NCBI GenBank assembly: GCA_965287045.1 | Contig: OZ336885.1 | Coordinates: 38,316,001-38,380,000, forward strand | Length of the DNA: 64,000 bases | Reading direction: 5' to 3' | Origin: Carcharhinus amblyrhynchos | Taxonomy: Eukaryota | Shown here: piece after piece, positions 36,930-50,377 of the stretch | How positions within the stretch are numbered: position 1 is the first letter of the stretch | Layout: each line of letters begins with the position of its first letter | Notes under the pieces: model-generated | The model's input: only the letters and a program-made list of their open reading frames with translations | Databases searched by the model: none | What the model was told of the DNA's origin: nothing | Program-made: the position numbers and the translations under genes

Positions 36930-38299
36930 GGCTACCAAGGACCCAGATGACCCAAGAAGTGTATGAGGAGTTTATGGTCTCTTGAGAACATTTAAACTAG
37001 TCATTCAACTCTAAATTCAATAACAAATGTTCCAGTCCCATGCTGATTTGCAATACATATCACTTGTTAGTCCCTTCAGTTGAGTACCATTGTCACAGGT
37101 AATTTAAATCCTCAGCAGATATCCTGTTCTGAAGGCAAGTAATCTACACAAACAAGTAACCTACTGACTTTCTTCCTGTTCTTCCCTGTAGTGCCTTGCT
37201 AAGCATTCTGTGGTTCTAGAATGGTATCCTGCTATGTTGTGCAGTTCACAAAGGTTTACTTTGCAAGGGAGCCATTTTGTGATCTATACACACGATTGTA
37301 TTTTGTCAGTTGCGCAGATGTGATGTAAACTAATGAGTTCTTGTGTATAGAAGATGGTCCTTTGGTAGAAGCATACTGCATGCTACATCTAAATATCATA
37401 CAGAAGGAAATTCCATTTACATGCTCGGATCAGAAACTGATGATAAAAAGGTGCAAAACTTGTATTTTAATAAAACTAACTTTTAATGCAAGTAATTTGT
37501 AATGTGCACTGTTTAAAACTGTATCTACCACCATAGCATGTTTTTACTAAACATACTCCAGGAATGGAGTGGGTAATATTGTCACTAAAAATTATGTTCG
37601 ATCCAAACATCGCTTTTATAAGTCAGTCTAACTTTATTGCTTGTTTAAATTGATACAGTCTAATCTTATTTGAACTATTTGCCATACTGGCATGAAACAT
37701 TTCTGTGAAATATCACTCTTGCTTGCATGTTAGGAGCTTTCAACAAATACAATAGACTAGTCATTTTAATTTCCTTTTTGTGGTAGAAATCAGCAGCATG
37801 GTTAGTGCTCTGGTGTTGTTTTTGTTCTCCAATTTTAGCTGAATGGATTTATAATTTCATTGTTTGATTGCTTTAGAACATCACACTTGTATCATTTTTT
37901 TTGTAGGCAAATATTCCCCTGGGACATTTAAAAGCCTTTCCTGAACTATGGTGACAGACACCATTTTGAGTTTCTGATTATTCAATTAACGTTTATCAAT
38001 TAAAACGTTTTCATGAAGGTTTAACACTGGGCTGCCATAGTTTTCAATTATAACTTTAACATTCATCATTCTTTGGCAGTACTGTTTGTGAACATTAACA
38101 ATGCCTGCCATTTATATAATTAAACTAGCCCCTAATTTACAATATTTTCTGCTTGGATTATATTTAGGTGGAAATTTTCTAATCTGGTATTTAAACCCCT
38201 TCAGATTATGCAGCAGTTCATGGATAAAAGGATATAATGCAGAGATGGTGAACTGTATGCAGAGGCAAGGAAGTCACTTTGCTGATCATGAGGGCAATT

Positions 38300-38640
38300 A
38301 GGCTGGATAATAAATTCTGGCTATGATGCCCAAAAGCAAAGATTTTTCTTAAGAAAAGACGGAGAGGTAAAGCTCAATTCAGGATCAAACCAGATACCAA
38401 AGGTTTCACAGGGTCTGGCTCAGCCTGACTTGGGGCTTAGAAGGGGAATGGGAGTTCAGTGACAAGGGAGGAGAGCTCATTGCTGAAAGAAAAAGTGGTG
38501 GCTTTGTTCTCAATGTAAAATTGGAGGAGATTATTACTTATCCATGACTGGATATTAGACTAGTGGTCTGGTAACGTGGAGATGGTTATGAGAGCAGAGG
38601 TGGTGGTGGAGGAGCTTGACACCAACAGTATACAGGTGAC
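38300..38640 (-). mobile_element. Degraded L2-like fragment
   Basis: Reverse of a KATTF / LRLSQT-like region seen in the other L2 copies. Confidence 0.4.
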
Positions 38641-40334
38641 CGTAGATAGGATTTATGCCACATTGAGCATGTCAGAGCGTTGGAAAAATTCTTGCTTCAT
38701 TGGTAATTTCAGACTGCACATCTTTGACTTTCAATAAATGATTGGAACATTGTGGTGACTAAACTTCTGCTCTCCTGTGTTTACTGGATGTTTTAACTGT
38801 TTTGATGATTTAAAATTTTGTGTTGCTGTTAGATTTTGTTCTATTGCATTAAATAAATGATGAGCTGGTTGCATGAGCTGTACGTGAATTGCTTGGTCAG
38901 GCTAATATGTAATTTATTTAAAAGTCTATCTTAATGAGGTACAGAGGACTCTGGACATTGTTTCATAGCCAGCTGTTTAAGTGCTTCCTCTGTAATTGAC
39001 AAAGATGATGGAAAGTTTTCTGCTTTTCACTCCATTTAGACAATTGTCTGATGTTTGGAAGTGGCAGGTAGCTTTTTAATACTTCTTAAATTCTAGTAAT
39101 ATTTAAAATAGAGTTTATTCATTTCTGGGCAGGAAGATTAGAAATGAATGCTAATAGTAATTAATTAAGACATTTAAGTTTGTCCATGCAACAATAAAGC
39201 AGCTGATTTGAATAATTAAAATGTAGGAAGGTTGCTTCAGCTGCAAGGAAACCCCCACACCCCCCAGGTGTGTGTAGACTTAATTTGCTGCCTTCATCAG
39301 TAGTTCTGATGATTACCTTGTCCTTAACCGAGCCCAATCCAAAACACCACCATTTGTTTTCAACTCCCAATGAAAATAATAGAATTGTGGAAATTTCTGG
39401 AGAGGAAAAAGGTTAATTGTAAAATTAGTCATTTTATAATGATTCAAATAATGATCAACTGTTACCAATTGTCTAATGTCTTCCATGTGTGCATACTAAT
39501 TGAGACTTTGCCACTTTCTTGATGGCTAATTAAGACACATTTAGACACTTTTCTCAGTTAATGGCAATTACAATCATCAATAATAGAATGTTCTAAGGCC
39601 CAATATGGAAAACCTAAGGTGCTAAATTCTGGAAACCATAACTTTCTCCCTCTTTCCCAACTTGTTTTTACATGAGTTGTTGGGCAGGAATAATTTAGAT
39701 ACTACTAATCATGTTCTAAAGTGATTAGTATTCAAAAGATTTGAGTTTTTGTTGCATTGAGAATTTTAAGTTTTTTTTTTCTCTCATCCATAGTGAATAT
39801 TTTGCTTACTTATCTCCAAAACTCATTATTTATTAGTAATTGTAAGGATTATTAGCAGTAGAAAGGTATTGGGGCATAGTATTGTTAATTTATTAATTTT
39901 TAAATAATAAACATAAAGATGGCAGCCAAGCGACATGTTACGACGGGACACTTTGTACCAGGAGGCAGTCAGAATTTTTGGGGTCTTCTGATTTGGTCAG
40001 TAGTCGTGAACAGGATAATTTGACTGCAAGATAATGCACGTACAGTGACCCAGAAGGTAAACGCAGAGGAGCCTCAATCTTTGCAATTGTTGACCAGGTT
40101 TGAGGATTTTGCAGCCCTTATGGATAAAAGTGGTGGCTGCAAGGTGGATGAGCAAACTGACCATAGTACAGGAAGCCACACAAATGGGAGAAGGTAATAG
40201 GAATGTAGTGGTAGATAGGGACAGTATAGCCAAGAAATATGCACTTCCCTGCAGCTGGGAGCATAAATCCAGTACTAGGGTTCAGGGCATATGCAATGGA
40301 TTGGAGAGGAACTTACATTATGAGGGGAAGGAGC

Positions 40335-40910
40335 TAGAAGTTGTTATTCATAAAGGTACAAGTAACATGCAATGAAGTTACTGTGACAATTCCAAAGTCA
40401 CCACACGCCAGTACCCCTTTGGGTACACTGAGGAGCAATTTAGGCTGGCCAATGCACCTAATCAGCATGTTTTTTGGCCTGTTGGAGGAAATCAGAACAC
40501 TTGGAGGAAACCTGTGCAGACAGTGACCCAAGGCGGGAATCAAACCCAGATTCTGGCACTATGAGGTGGAGAGGCTCTTCCCGCTCAGAAAGGACAGTAG
40601 GATGATAAAGGGGGGGCAGTTTAGAACGGAGTTGAGGAGGAACTTCTTCACTCAAAGGGTGGTGAATCTCTGGAATTCTCTGCCCATTGAAGTGGTGGAG
40701 GCTGCCTCGCTCAATATTTTTAAGATGCGGGTTGATAGGCAAGGGGATTAAGGGTTATGGGGGGAGGGCGGGAATATGGAACTGAGCCACGACAGATCAG
40801 CCATGATCTTATTGAATGGCGGGGCAGGCTCGAAGGGCTAGATGGCCTACTCCTGCTCCTATTTCTTATGTTCTTATGAGGCAGCAGTGCTAACCACTGC
40901 CACCATGCCA
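40335..40910 (-). mobile_element. V-SINE (tail B) interrupted by a CR1 3' end
   Basis: SINE body 40335-40566 resumes at 40875 (gaggcagcagtgctaaccact). Confidence 0.8.
40563..40878 (+). mobile_element. Young CR1 3' end with 7-bp TSD (tatgagg)
   Basis: Nearly identical to 14329-14675; TSD at 40560-40566 and 40875-40881. Confidence 0.9.
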
Positions 40911-40914
40911 CCAA

Positions 40915-41605
40915 TATAAAGAACAGCAAAGAATGACTAAGATTAATACAGAGGAAGGAATGAGAAAAAGCTAGCAAGTAATATAAATTAATAGTTTCTG
41001 TAGGCTTTTAGGTAAAGTGAACACTTTGGATCTCTAGGAAGGAGTGGGGAATTAATAATGGAAAATAAGGTAATAGTGGGTTAATTGTACAAATACTTTG
41101 CATCTATCTTCACTGCAGTGCATACAAATAACATCTCAGAAATAATTGTGAATCAGGAAGTGAAAAGGAGGAAGGAACCTGAAATCACAATCACTAGGGA
41201 AGGGGTACTGAGAAAATTAATGGAACTAAAAAATGACAAGTCTCCAAGTAACAAGCAACATGGATGAAAGGGAACCTGTGGATCAGCTGTACTTGGATTT
41301 CCAGAAGACATTTCATTTGACAAGATTCCATATCTGCAAATGTTACTACGCAAAATGAGCTTGTGGTATAGGAGGTTACATATTAGCATGGGCAGAGGAT
41401 TGGTTTGTTCGCAGGAAATGGAGTCGGAATAAATGGGTTTCTTTTGAGTTGGCAAGCTACGAGTGGGGCTGTCGTGGGCTTCAGAACTAGGGTATCAACT
41501 ATTTACAATTTGTATCAATGACTTTGAAGGGATTGTATGAATGGTTGTGAAGTTTGCTAATGACACAAATGTAAGTAGAAAAGTAAGTTGTGAAGAAGAT
41601 GTAAG
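40915..41605 (+). mobile_element. Degraded CR1 ORF2 fragment
   Basis: KYFASIFT, YLDFQKTF and FANDT (FADD-like) motifs with deletions. Confidence 0.7.
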
Positions 41606-41829
41606 GGGTGGGATTCTGCCCAGAAAATTTGAAGTTTAAATTCGTCTTCTCCTTCTGTACGCACCACTCCTGGCTGATGAATCAGTAATCCACTATGTTC
41701 AACACCACCGGCAAAAGCACTGAGGGTGGCAAGGGTGCAGAATGCCCACTAGGTAGGGGACTTCACTGTCCATCACTGAGTGGCTTGGTAGTTCCATTAC
41801 GAACTGAGCCTTCCCCCACTACTATTAAC

Positions 41830-43190
41830 TAGGGCATCAACCCTGCTTTAATAAGGAGTATAGGAAGCATGCCGGGGTAATGCCAGGCATATGTAAAAAT
41901 GTGGTGTCAACCTGGCAAAGCTAAACCTCAGATTGCTTGTGTGCCAAACAGCATAAAAACAAAGTGAAGAGGGAACAAAGTGATCCCATAACTGGTGGAT
42001 TAGATATAGTCTCAGTCCTACCCCATCCAGTCATGGATGGATATGGACAATTAAACAGCTCACTGGATGAGGAGGCTCCACAAATATCCCTATCTTCAGT
42101 GACAGGAGAGCCTAACAAAACCATGCAAAAGATAAGGCTGAAGCATTTGCAACAATCTTTAGGCAGAAGTCTGAGTGGATGATCCATCTCACTCACCACT
42201 GGCAGTGTCAGCAGATGTCAATCTTCAGCCGATTGAACTTACTCCTCGTGATATTAACTGCAAGTGCTGGATGCTGCAAAGGGTATGGGCCCTGATATTC
42301 CAGGAATAGTACAAAAGACTTGTGCTCCAGAACTTGCTGTGCTCCCTAGCCCAGCTGTTATAGTCAAAACACTAGCATCTACTTGGCAATGCAGAAAATT
42401 GTCCAGGTATGTCCTGCCCACAAAGAGGACAAATCCAACCCAGTCAATCACTGCCCATCAGTCTACACTCGATCACCAGTGAAGTGTTGGAAGAGTTCAT
42501 TAAACAGCACTTACTCAGCAATAATCTGCTCACAGATGCTCAGTTTGGGCTCCGTCAGGGTCACTCAGCTCCTGACCCCCTTACAGCCTTAGTTCAAACA
42601 TGGACAAAAGAGTTGAATGATATCAAGGCAGCATTTGACTGAATACGGCTTCAAGGAGCCCTAACAAAACTGGAGCCAATGGGAATTGGGGAAAACTCTC
42701 CACTGGTTGAAGTTATACCTAGCACAAAGGAAGATAGTTGTGGCTGTTGGAGGTCAATCATCTCAGCTCCTAGCCATCACTGCAGTAGTTCTTCAGGGTA
42801 GTGTCCTAGACCCAACCGCCTTCAGTTGTTTCATTAATAACCTTTCTTCCATTATAAGGTGAGAAATGGGGATGTTTGCTGAAGTGAAACACCATTCACA
42901 AGTTCTTAGATACTGAAGCAGGATCCAGGCTTGGATTGACAAGTGGCAAGTAACATTCATGCCACACAAGTGCCACACAATGACCATTTCCAACAAGAGA
43001 GAATCTAACCATCGCCCTTGACATTCAATAGCATTATCATCAATGAATCCACTGCCACCAGCATCCTGGGTTATCATTGACAAATAACTGAACTGGGCTA
43101 CCCATAAAAATAGTTGGCTGCAAGAGTTGGTCAGAGGCTAGGAATCCTGCAGTGAGTAACTCATCTGCTGACTTCTGAAGCTGGTCCACA
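41830..43190 (+). mobile_element. CR1/L2-group LINE RT fragment (second family)
   Basis: AKGMGPDIP, HKEDKSNPVNHCP, LLTDAQFGLRQGHSAPD, DIKAAFD, QGSVLDPTAFSCFINNL. Confidence 0.85.
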
Positions 43191-43191
43191 C

Positions 43192-43785
43192 TTAGAACGT
43201 TAGAAAATTACAGCTCAGAAGCAGGTCTTTTGGCCCTTCTTGTCTGTGCCAAACCATTTTTTGCCTAGTCCCACTGACCTGCACTTGGACCACATCCCTC
43301 CACACCCCTCTCATCCATGTACCACTATATCTGGCAGCTCATTCCACACTCCCAACACTCGCTGCGTGAAGAATCCCTCCTAATATTCCCTTTAAACTTT
43401 TCTCCTTTCACCCTTAACTCATGCCCTCTGGTTTTTTTCTCCCTAGCCTCAGTGGAAAAAGCCTGCTTGCATTCAATCTATCTATACCCATCAAAATCTT
43501 ATACACCTCTATCAAATCTCCCCTCATTCTTCAACACTCCAGGGAATAAAGTCCTAACCTATTCAATCTCTCTCTGTAACTCAGCTTCTCAAGTCCCGGC
43601 AACGTCCTCGTGAACCTTCTTTGCACTCTTTCAATCTTATTTACATCCTTCCTGTAACTAGGTGACCAAAACTGTACACAATACTCTAAATTTGGCCTCA
43701 CCAATGCCTTATATAACCTTACCATAACACTCCAACTTTTATACTCAATACTTTGATTTGTAAAGGCCAATTTACCAAAAGCACT
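43192..43785 (-). mobile_element. CR1 3' end
   Basis: IEYKSWSVMVRLYKALVRPNLEYCVQFWSPSYRKDVNKIERVQRRFTR. Confidence 0.9.
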
Positions 43786-45729
43786 TCTCCCATCTGGGAC
43801 CAAGACCTGTGGTGGGAGTGGAATCATGGGAGTGTTTCCTGCTGTAGAGGCCAGTGGGAAACATGCCAAATCTTCTGGCTCTGACGTCATTATGCAACTG
43901 GGTGTTTTGCAGCATCTTCCTTGGCAGGGTGGGCCTGATGGCGTACAATCTGTCACCCAATCTGGATGTCATATTGCAAAACCTTCCAACATCACCTCTG
44001 CATTATTGAAGCAAGATGATGGATCTCTTGAGAAAGGAGATGGATCTCCAGAATGTTCTCTGGCTGGAAGATGGACCCTCTTCAGGGCACTAAATCCAGA
44101 AGATCGAGCTGTAAATGCTCCCCTCGCCCACTAATGTGGTGTTCCAGAATCCAGGGTTGTCATTAGCCCCCATCCTGAACATTGTGCAGGTGAGTTCCAC
44201 CATCTGCACAACATTGTTTCAGATGTGTTTTGTGCCAACATGTCTTTCCGCTGGCAAAGGGGAGATTTGAGCATGGGGGTGTCAGGCCTTCACATGTACC
44301 CTACCGTGCTGGTCTCCAGCAGGTTCTCGATTCGCCAATGAAGGTAGCAGTGGAAGATTCATGCCAGCTTAAAATTGATTTTTGGGTCCCCTGTTGATGA
44401 GGCTTTGGGAGAATTTTATCCAATTTCTGTACACTTGCTGTCCATTCCCACCTGGCTGACTGGAGTCAGGCCCCCAAAGACAGCCTTCTAAGTGCAAAGG
44501 CTGGCAAAACCAGGCCCCCCTTGGTGTGCTAAAATTTCATCCCAATTTTAATAAAAACAGTAAAACAAGAAAACATGCCTCTAGCCCTTACTCCTTACCC
44601 CTTCAGCCCCACAGACTCTCATGCCCCATCCAGGCCAACTCGTGCACTTTATGTCTCTAACCTCCCATGGCCCTCACATCCTCCATGCCAACCTATTGTC
44701 CTTTAACCACCCCAGCTCTTTATAGCTCATGCCAACTTAGTGTCAACCCATACCCCCACCATCCTTTATCCTTATATTATCCATGCTGACTCATCCTGTA
44801 TCCATTGAGTAGATTCCAGAGTCATGCTGAGATGAAATAAAGTTTTAAGTACCTCTTAACGACCTCACAAAGACCTCACCATTTTTCTTAAACACTCAAC
44901 AAATACCCATTCAATACATCTAAATCCTGTTAGTACTTCATCCCCTATAAAAACAAATATTTTTATCATAGCCCCACATTAAAAACAGAATTTATTTCTA
45001 AGCAATTTATGAATTAAATTTCAAACTTGTAAGTCTCCTCACTGTGATAATGCTAGGCCATTGAAGCAGTCGAGCAGCACTAATCCTATGATGATAACCA
45101 TAATGTTTATGTCACCAAATAGCTGGTCAAATTGCAAGTATATACTTTTTTGTAGTCTTTTTATTTTCAGGAAAATGTTGAGTGCAAGGGATTCAAATGA
45201 ATCAAACAGGTTCATTGACATTATTCATGTTCTAAACACAATCATATCTATCCTTAACAATCCAAAAGGGTACCCAATCTCTTCAAACGTGTACCATCAC
45301 TCTCCAAAGAACTCTGGCAGTTTTAGACTTTTCCTCAAATGTTTACAGCCTGTGCGTTATGCTTCAAAAACCTGAGTGACCAAAATTGCTTTCAAGTGAA
45401 GGAAACTGCATTTGGAAGTGTGCAGCTGCCTCCATGTATCACAGATGAGCAAAATATGCCCACCATCTTTTCTCTGCAAAAATGGTGGGTGCTGAGTTCA
45501 GGAGTAGGACTACAAGATGCATGGAACCCTTCCGATTCAGTTTAAATTCAGGCCCTCACATCCTGGTGACTGCTCTAAGGCTAACTGCAGTTCCCTGATT
45601 TCTCTTTCTTCCTCCTTGCTTGGACAGTAGTTACGTTTTTTAACTTCCAATTCACTTGGACCATTCCAGGTTCTAGGAAATTTGGAATATCATAGCTTGG
45701 TTAACCTCTGTTTCTGGTATGTCTTTCAC

Positions 45730-46750
45730 AGCCTATCTGCAGTCTTTGACAAGGTTGACCACACCATCCTCCTCCATGTCTCTCAGTTGTTATCCAGCTG
45801 GATGTGACTGCACATTCTTGGTTTCACATTAATTCGTCTAATTGTGGACAAAGAATTATCTGCAACAGGCAACACTTTCCTCTGGTGTCCTTCAAGGATC
45901 TAACCTTGACACTGTCTCCTATTTTTCACCTACATCCTTCAGCTCAGCAATATCCTTCAAAAACACAGCATCAGTTCTCACACTCTGTCTGATAACAGCC
46001 AGTTCCAATTCACTACTAGCTCTCATCTTCCCTCCACTGTCCCTCAATTATTGAACTGGCTGACATCCTGTATTGAAAGTGCAGAAATTTCCTCCAAGTA
46101 TATATTGAGAACAAAGCCATTGTCTTTCACCCACTCCAAAGCCCATTCTCTACTTGGATTCCATCTCTCCCTGACAACAGGCTGAGGCTAAACAAGTCTG
46201 TTCACAACTTTGCTGCCCTCTTTAGCACAGATGAGCTTCTGTCCATATATCCATGCCACCATAAATGCTGTCTAACTTTACCTCTGTCTCAGCTCATCTG
46301 CTGCTGAAACTCACATCCATGCCTTTGCTAGTCTAGACCTGACTTTCCAATGCATTCCTGGCCAACCACATCTCTTCAACATGCTGTAAACCTGAGGTCA
46401 TCCATCATCCAAGACCTTGCCTTTCTCTCATCAAGTCTCATTCACTCATCAATCCTGTGCCCTCTAAAACTTCTTGTAGTGCCTCAATTTTAAAATTCCC
46501 ATTTTGTTTTCAAATCCCACACTATCTTTCTCCTCTCTATTTTTAACCTCATTCAGCTCCACAACCTCCTGAGGTATCGCCTTAGGAGGTTATGTGACAC
46601 TAACTCTGGAATTTCGCCCTTAAACCTCTCTATCTTCCATTTCTTCTTCAAGATGTTGCTTAAAACTTGCATTTACCTGCCTTTTGTTCAGCTGCCCTAA
46701 TATCAGGTTTTGCCGGATCAAGCTCCTTGTTTTTATCAGTGCTGTATAAA
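45730..46750 (+). mobile_element. L2-clade LINE 3' portion
   Basis: LSAVFDKVDHTILL, SGVLQGSNL, LIHAFASLD-like and FKMLLKT motifs; ends gctgtataaatacag. Confidence 0.75.
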
Positions 46751-48927
46751 TACAGCACTGTTGGTATGGTGTGGTAGGAGCCTTGCTTGTTTTTGTTACT
46801 TGTCCACATGGTGAACTCCCAATCCTCGACTAGTTATCAGGGAGGTTTGGTAGGAAAGAAGCAAAACGATTTGTCTGATTCTGATTGACTTTGGCAGAAA
46901 CTTAAGAGTTTGTCCAATCTCTTTGGTTAGCCAAAACAGATGGGCAATGAGTGAGTGAAAATATTTAGGGTGAAAGAGCAGCATTTAAACAAAGTAAGTT
47001 ATATTGCTACACTTGCATTCCACTTAACTTGCATTCCACCTAACTGTACTTAAGAAAGAGATTATCCTTAAAAAGGTGAAGTTTAATAATATGCACTAGA
47101 GGTCACTATTGCAGCATGCTGTACTTTCACACCATTGTAACCAGTGGAAACATTTTTTTTGTACATCACATCTTTTCTGGATGATCCTGTTCAGACAGAA
47201 ATCTTCCCATTCAAATGACCTGAATACCAGAATGTGTGATCTGAGGAGAAAGGGTGGTGGTTAATTTTGTTAAGTTAGAGGACAATTACTGCCTTGCGTA
47301 GTTAAGTCACAGGAAATGGCAAATAGTCATGTGTAGACATTTCAACAGGTCACATTAAATCAGTGTGCAAAGACATTTTAATAACTTACGTCTCTGTGTA
47401 TAACCTGGGGGCATAATAATGAAAAGCATACCACTAGCCTGAATGTCTGGTTAATAGTCTCCAAGGTTTACAGCCATTACCTTCCATTTATGCAGGTTAG
47501 GACAGAGGAAGAGCATCCTTTAACCAGATGCTTATTTATTGAATTAAATTGTTTACACATGGATTAGGTTAGACTGTATCCAGTTTACTTTTGAGTTCAA
47601 ATACATTTTTGCATTTTGTTGACTGGCTCTGATTCAGTTTATTTTCGCTATATTAAATTATTTTCATCTAAACAACAGCATTCTGTGTTTCCAAACCCAC
47701 AATGGGTGAACTATTTGCAATTGATCATTACTATCTCACATTGCAGCCAGTCACTTGGAGCATGCTGAGCTCAAATAGCCTTTATGCCCATGTCTAAAGC
47801 AGCAAATCCATTCCTGCTAACCTACTCCCACAAAAAACTGAAAAGGAATAAAACTACTTAAAATAAGACAATATACTGGTCCAGAATGAAAACTGAATCG
47901 GTGAGGTCTCATTTATTATCTTCTTATCTATCTGCAACGCAAAAAAAATTAAGGCTTTTTGCTATGCTGCTTCAATATTCACAGCTGTGATTTTTACTAT
48001 TTATTGCAAAAGGCATATTTGTGCTGCATTTCAAAACACTGAATATATTTTGTACAGTAGCCCTTTGTTGTAACCATGGTCTGATAAATCATCTGGGCGG
48101 AGCTATTCTGCTAAGACAGATTTCCTCCAAAATAGAAAATCTGCAAGAAAATCCAAAGGAGCCCTTCCACATTCCCTCCTTAGTTAAGGAAAGGTATTGG
48201 TCAATGTCTTGCTCAACATCTGAGAACAGGCTTGTGAATCATCACACACGAGACTCTTTGCAAAGGCAGGAATGGGCTTTCTTAAACTCAGGTTGGCTTA
48301 CAGTCATAAATTTGTTCTTGAGTTGCTTGCTTTAAATAAAGCTCCAATATTTTCCCTACAATCTTTTCCAATTCATAATTTCTATGAATGTGTATCTGAC
48401 TTTCCATAAAAAGTGGACCAATATTTGTCTAGTGTTCTGCTACATGTCTGTATTTAATAGGTGTGAATCATCATTTCAACCACGGCTGTATACTTTTCTT
48501 GCTTTCTTGATTTCTTCTGAACTTCCAAGTGTTTGGTCTTTTTCGATCAATCCATTACCAATCTCGCCTACTTATTCGATAACTCTATTTGCCATGTCAC
48601 AATTTTTTATTGTAATAACACAAATTTAAATAACATCTTCAGTTCAAAGCACCTCGAAGTATTCCACAAGATGGATTAGTTTTCAATTACAGTATCTGCT
48701 TTGAAGGCAAATATGACAACCACTCTGAAATCATATTCACAAACAGCAATGTAACTGGTTAATTTAGTGATGGATATCATTTGTAAATGGAGGAAAATTG
48801 TTCAGGAAGCAGGAAAATTGTCTATCCTTTCTGAATGTACTTGCAAGGTCTTTAACATTCATCTGCAGTACAAGAACAGGCAACATGATCATGGTTTGCC
48901 ATTTTAGGGCATTTACAGTTAGATTCA

Positions 48928-49215
48928 GATTAAAGTTTATTTATTAGTGTCACAAGTAGGCTTACATTAATATTGCAATGAAGTTATGTGAAAATCCCCT
49001 CGTCACCACCCTCTGGTACCTGTTCGGGTACACTGAGGGACAATTTGGCATGGCCAATGCATCTAACCACTATCCCTTTTGGACTGTGGGAGGAAACCTG
49101 CACTGACATGAGGAGAACGTGCAAACTCCAGACAGGCAGTAACCCAAGCCGGGAATCAAACTTGGGTCCCTGGCACTGTGAGGCAGCAGTGTTAACCATT
49201 GTGCCACCATGCCAC
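48928..49215 (-). mobile_element. V-SINE, tail type B
   Basis: Full-length head, V-domain and tail on the minus strand. Confidence 0.88.
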
Positions 49216-49349
49216 TCCTAGTTAGATTTGTTCTTAAATTGCCTTTAGCAACATTGTCCCTCCAACCCTGCAGAGTCAGATCGAGTTTGTGTCCTCAAAT
49301 TGTGATAATGGGCTTGACTTGATAAATTTATAGAAAAAATACATTCAAT

Positions 49350-49660
49350 AACTGCTTTCACAAAGTGCTTTACAGCCAGATGCTACAAACATAAATGAGA
49401 TAATGACCAGATAATCTGTGTTAATAGAAACGTTGGTTGCGAGTTAAATATTGACCGCATCACAGGGGAAAACTCCTCAGCTCCTAAAATAGGGCCATAC
49501 TTTTTTTACACCATGAAAGGACAAATGGGGCCTTGTGTTAACATCTCATCAGAAAGATTGCGAGCGTGACACTGCAGCACTCCCTCAGCCTAGCGCAGAA
49601 GTATCCGCTAGATTATGTGCTCAAGCCTCTGGAGTGGGATTTCAACTCTTAACCATCAGA
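49350..49660 (-). mobile_element. Deu-domain SINE (SacSINE1/AmnSINE1-like)
   Basis: aatgagataatgaccagataatctg...aacatctcatcagaaaga...tgcagcactccctcag...ctagattatgtgctcaagcctctggagtggga. Confidence 0.75.
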
Positions 49661-50377
49661 GTATTATCTCTTGAGTCATGTTGAAAGAAGCTAATGGCGT
49701 GAACTGAGCTAATCTAAAAATGTTACAAACACTTTTTCTGTCATTTATCTTTCCCTTCCATTATTTGTGATAATTTAGGATCTCAATTTATGTACTTTGG
49801 CATCTTTTCAACTATGATGTAACCCACAAATTCTATTCCCTTTTACTTAAATGTTCTAATCTACCCTTTTCCTAGAATCAATTCAAACCTTTTAAAATCT
49901 GTTTTTTATTTTTGGTCAGCCTCTTTGACTATTTTGATCAATTCTAACAAAACTGTTGTTTCTGCAGTGTCTATGTTTATCTGTAAATTCTCCAATGGTG
50001 AAGAGTTATCCCTGGGGTCCTTAATTAACAGAACTGAAACAGATTATATGGTCATTATCAGATTGACATTTGTAATGCTCATAGTGCACATTTTGGCTGC
50101 AAAATTTCCTACAATGCCAGCATGTCCATACTCTCAGGAAGCAAAGTAATTAATTGGTTAAAAAACACTTTGTGAAGTCCTGAGTTGCTATATAAGTGTT
50201 TTTCTTTCATTTTTTTTTCCTCAGTGTATTGTCCAAAGTTAACATTTTTGTGTCAATCCCCAAGGTGTAAAGTGAATCCCACTAGATTCCGTATACATCT
50301 GATAATTCCTGGTTGAATGCTTCCTCACTTAAATTTTAAAAGTTCCCCTCATATTCTAAACCAAGCCTACCTATTTT

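Noticed and set aside
46563-46591. 12-bp hairpin aacctcctgagg/ccttaggaggtt
   Set aside because: Inside an L2 relic at a deletion junction; probably a repair-templated micro-inversion, too short for a pre-miRNA.
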